A DNA stretch of 47,366 nucleotides from Nemertoderma westbladi (Eukaryota > Animalia > Xenacoelomorpha). The DNA is taken from assembly GCA_032718475.1 (NCBI GenBank), contig JAUCBJ010003895.1, forward strand, positions 1 through 47,366, given 5' to 3'. Shown piece after piece: positions 45,389 through 47,366 of the stretch. The position numbers were made by a program, and so were the translations under genes. Within the stretch, counting starts at the first letter, position 1. The number at the start of each line of letters is the position of its first letter. Under the pieces are notes generated by a model, which saw only the letters and a list, made by a program, of their open reading frames with translations, did no database searches and was not told where the DNA came from.

Positions 45389-45715
45389 GTTCGAACGACT
45401 TTACAAAACTCGGAAACAAATCTGATTGGGTAGAGTGGTTTCTATAACAACAATCATCCAATCAAAGAAATTAATAGGAAGATAAATAAGTTAGTGTTCA
45501 ACTCCAATCTATAATATTCCTACTACTACAAATCGTTTTTATATTTCGCAACATTATTTATATACCGATTCGATTCGAGGTTGCTAAGGAAACAGCAGCC
45601 TCAATCTGATCTGCTAAATTATGGAAATACTTTATTGGATGTTGTTTGTTGTTATAGAAACCACCCCCCCAGCCAATTAGATTTGTTTCCCCGAGTTTAG
45701 TAAAGTCGTACGAAC
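45389..45715. mobile_element. MITE with about 85-bp imperfect inverted arms
   Basis: GTTCGAACGACTTTACAAAACTCGG..GTGGTTTCTATAACAACAA versus TTGTTGTTATAGAAACCAC..CCGAGTTTAGTAAAGTCGTACGAAC. Confidence 0.75.
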
Positions 45716-46554
45716 AGAACTTTACTTTGGAGAAATATCTGTAACATTTTCTATAAATACTTTATGATTCTTGCAGGTATACATCCTTACCTTAAAATTA
45801 TTTAAATTCAAGTATAGCATTTTTGTATACATAACTTGTATGAAGATATTTATATTTACTGTATGTATGTATGTATGTATGTAAAGGTTCTATTACATAA
45901 ATGAAAATATATACTGTATGCATGAAGAAAATATATATTTACTATTAAACTAATTATGTTACTACAGTACATTACGTTACTAAATAACTACAGTATTTTG
46001 GGGAATTAAATGTCGCATCCTTATAGAATTAATTGTCTCATTTCGCATCAAATTCCCAAAGACTCTTGTTATTATTGGCATCTCAGTTATATTCGAAGTA
46101 AATCACAAAGAATTGACTCCGTTTTGGTCCACCTAAATAAAAAATTGAAGTTATAATAATTAATTAACTGTATTATTACGTAGGCCTACTATTATATTTT
46201 TGATGATATAACCGGTTTATTGCTACTATCACTTTAATTTACATACATACATTGTACATACACAGTTATACTAGCTAACTTGTAGAACTGCAATTGTGGT
46301 CTGTCTGTAAACTGCCATATAATAATAAAACTAATAATTCATTAGTAAAAATTATAATTGTAATAATATAAACAACTAAAATAAAAATAATAAATGTATA
46401 ACAAGTAAAAATAATGCGAGTAATAACAACCAAAAAGTTAGAAATAGCCTCGCGCTATAATATAAGACGTAAAATTATATCCAATAACGATATAGAAAAA
46501 TATAAGATATAAGATATATAAAAAAAATTATAATAAAAAAATTACAATAACGAT

Positions 46555-47020
46555 ATAGATGAATTCTTGTTGATTAACTCCCGGCGCCTAGTAAAGAATG
46601 TTGAGGAGTTGCTACAAATTGTAGAAGGCGTGCAAGATTTTTTTATTTGTGTCACTGAAACTTGGATGAAACGTCATGTCAGTGATTGTGAAATTACAAT
46701 TCCAGGGTGGGTGCAAAATCTTTAGAAGGTAATTAATCTACTGGTCTGCTGCGTATATCACCCTCCCAGGGCAATTAAAAATAATTATCTAAAATGCTAT
46801 TCAACGAAATTGAAACTGCACAAATCCTGGACAATAAATCACGAATTATTGTACAAGGAGATTTTAATATTATAAATGGTTATAAAAACAACTCATTTTT
46901 AAGTTAATTACACAATCTTCTTGCCACTCACAATCTTTCACGTTTAAACACCACCGAGTCAACTCGCGTTACTAAAAAAACCGGTACATTGATTGATCTC
47001 ATATTCACAGACATCAGTAG
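46555..47020 (+). mobile_element. Degenerate apurinic-like endonuclease region of a LINE (CR1/L2-type)
   Basis: LINSR, ICVTETW, CVYHPP, IIVQGDFN, TRVT and LIDLIFTD in order, with indels. Confidence 0.8.
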
Positions 47021-47366
47021 CGAATTCACAACTGACTGCTCCGTATATCCCTGTCCCGAATTCACAACTGACTGCTCCGTATATCCCTGTTCCGAATTCA
47101 CAACTGACTGCTCCGTATATCCCTGTCCCGAATTCACCACTGACTGCTCCGTATATCCCTGCCCCGAATTCACAACTGACTGCTCCGTATATCCCTGTCC
47201 CGAATTCACCACTGACTGCTCCGTATATCCCTGTCCCGAATTCACCACTGACTGCTCCGTATATCCCTGCCCCGAATTCACAACTGACTGCTCCGTATAT
47301 CCCTGTTCCAAATTCACAACTGACTGCTCCGTATATCCCTGTTCCGAATTCACAACTGACTGCTCC
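47021..47366. repeat. 36-bp minisatellite, at least 9.6 copies, running off the window
   Basis: CGAATTCACAACTGACTGCTCCGTATATCCCTGTCC head-to-tail, no spacers. Confidence 0.97.

Noticed and set aside
47021-47366. 36-bp repeat array as CRISPR, and the 141-aa ORF 46928..47353
   Set aside because: Units are head-to-tail with no unique spacers, there are no cas genes and the context is eukaryotic; the ORF arises from a stop-free 36-bp unit.

Overview
Transposon-rich eukaryotic genomic DNA, probably from an invertebrate animal; no prokaryotic genes or CRISPR array. It is dominated by a young, apparently intact 16.3-kb BEL/Pao LTR retrotransposon on the minus strand (721..17057). This element has 2119-bp LTRs, a CATTA target-site duplication, one 2766-aa gag-pol ORF and a 2.7-kb 3' region with accessory reading frames. 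It has no tRNA primer-binding site. Instead, the 10 nt abutting the 5' LTR are the exact complement of a sequence inside the LTR, which is followed by five splice-donor motifs; this makes it a candidate self-priming BEL element. Host sequence comprises two disrupted copies of a transmembrane fibrinogen-domain gene and an intact 3-exon PAN/apple + F-type lectin gene (28249..43200). The 11.6-kb first intron of the lectin gene holds a piggyBac-like > RTE > Gypsy nest and tandem Helitron-like units carrying host gene fragments, including ALDH3. A diverged solo LTR, LINE fragments, MITEs, a tRNA-derived SINE and minisatellites fill the rest. All comparisons were made by eye; no database searches were run.
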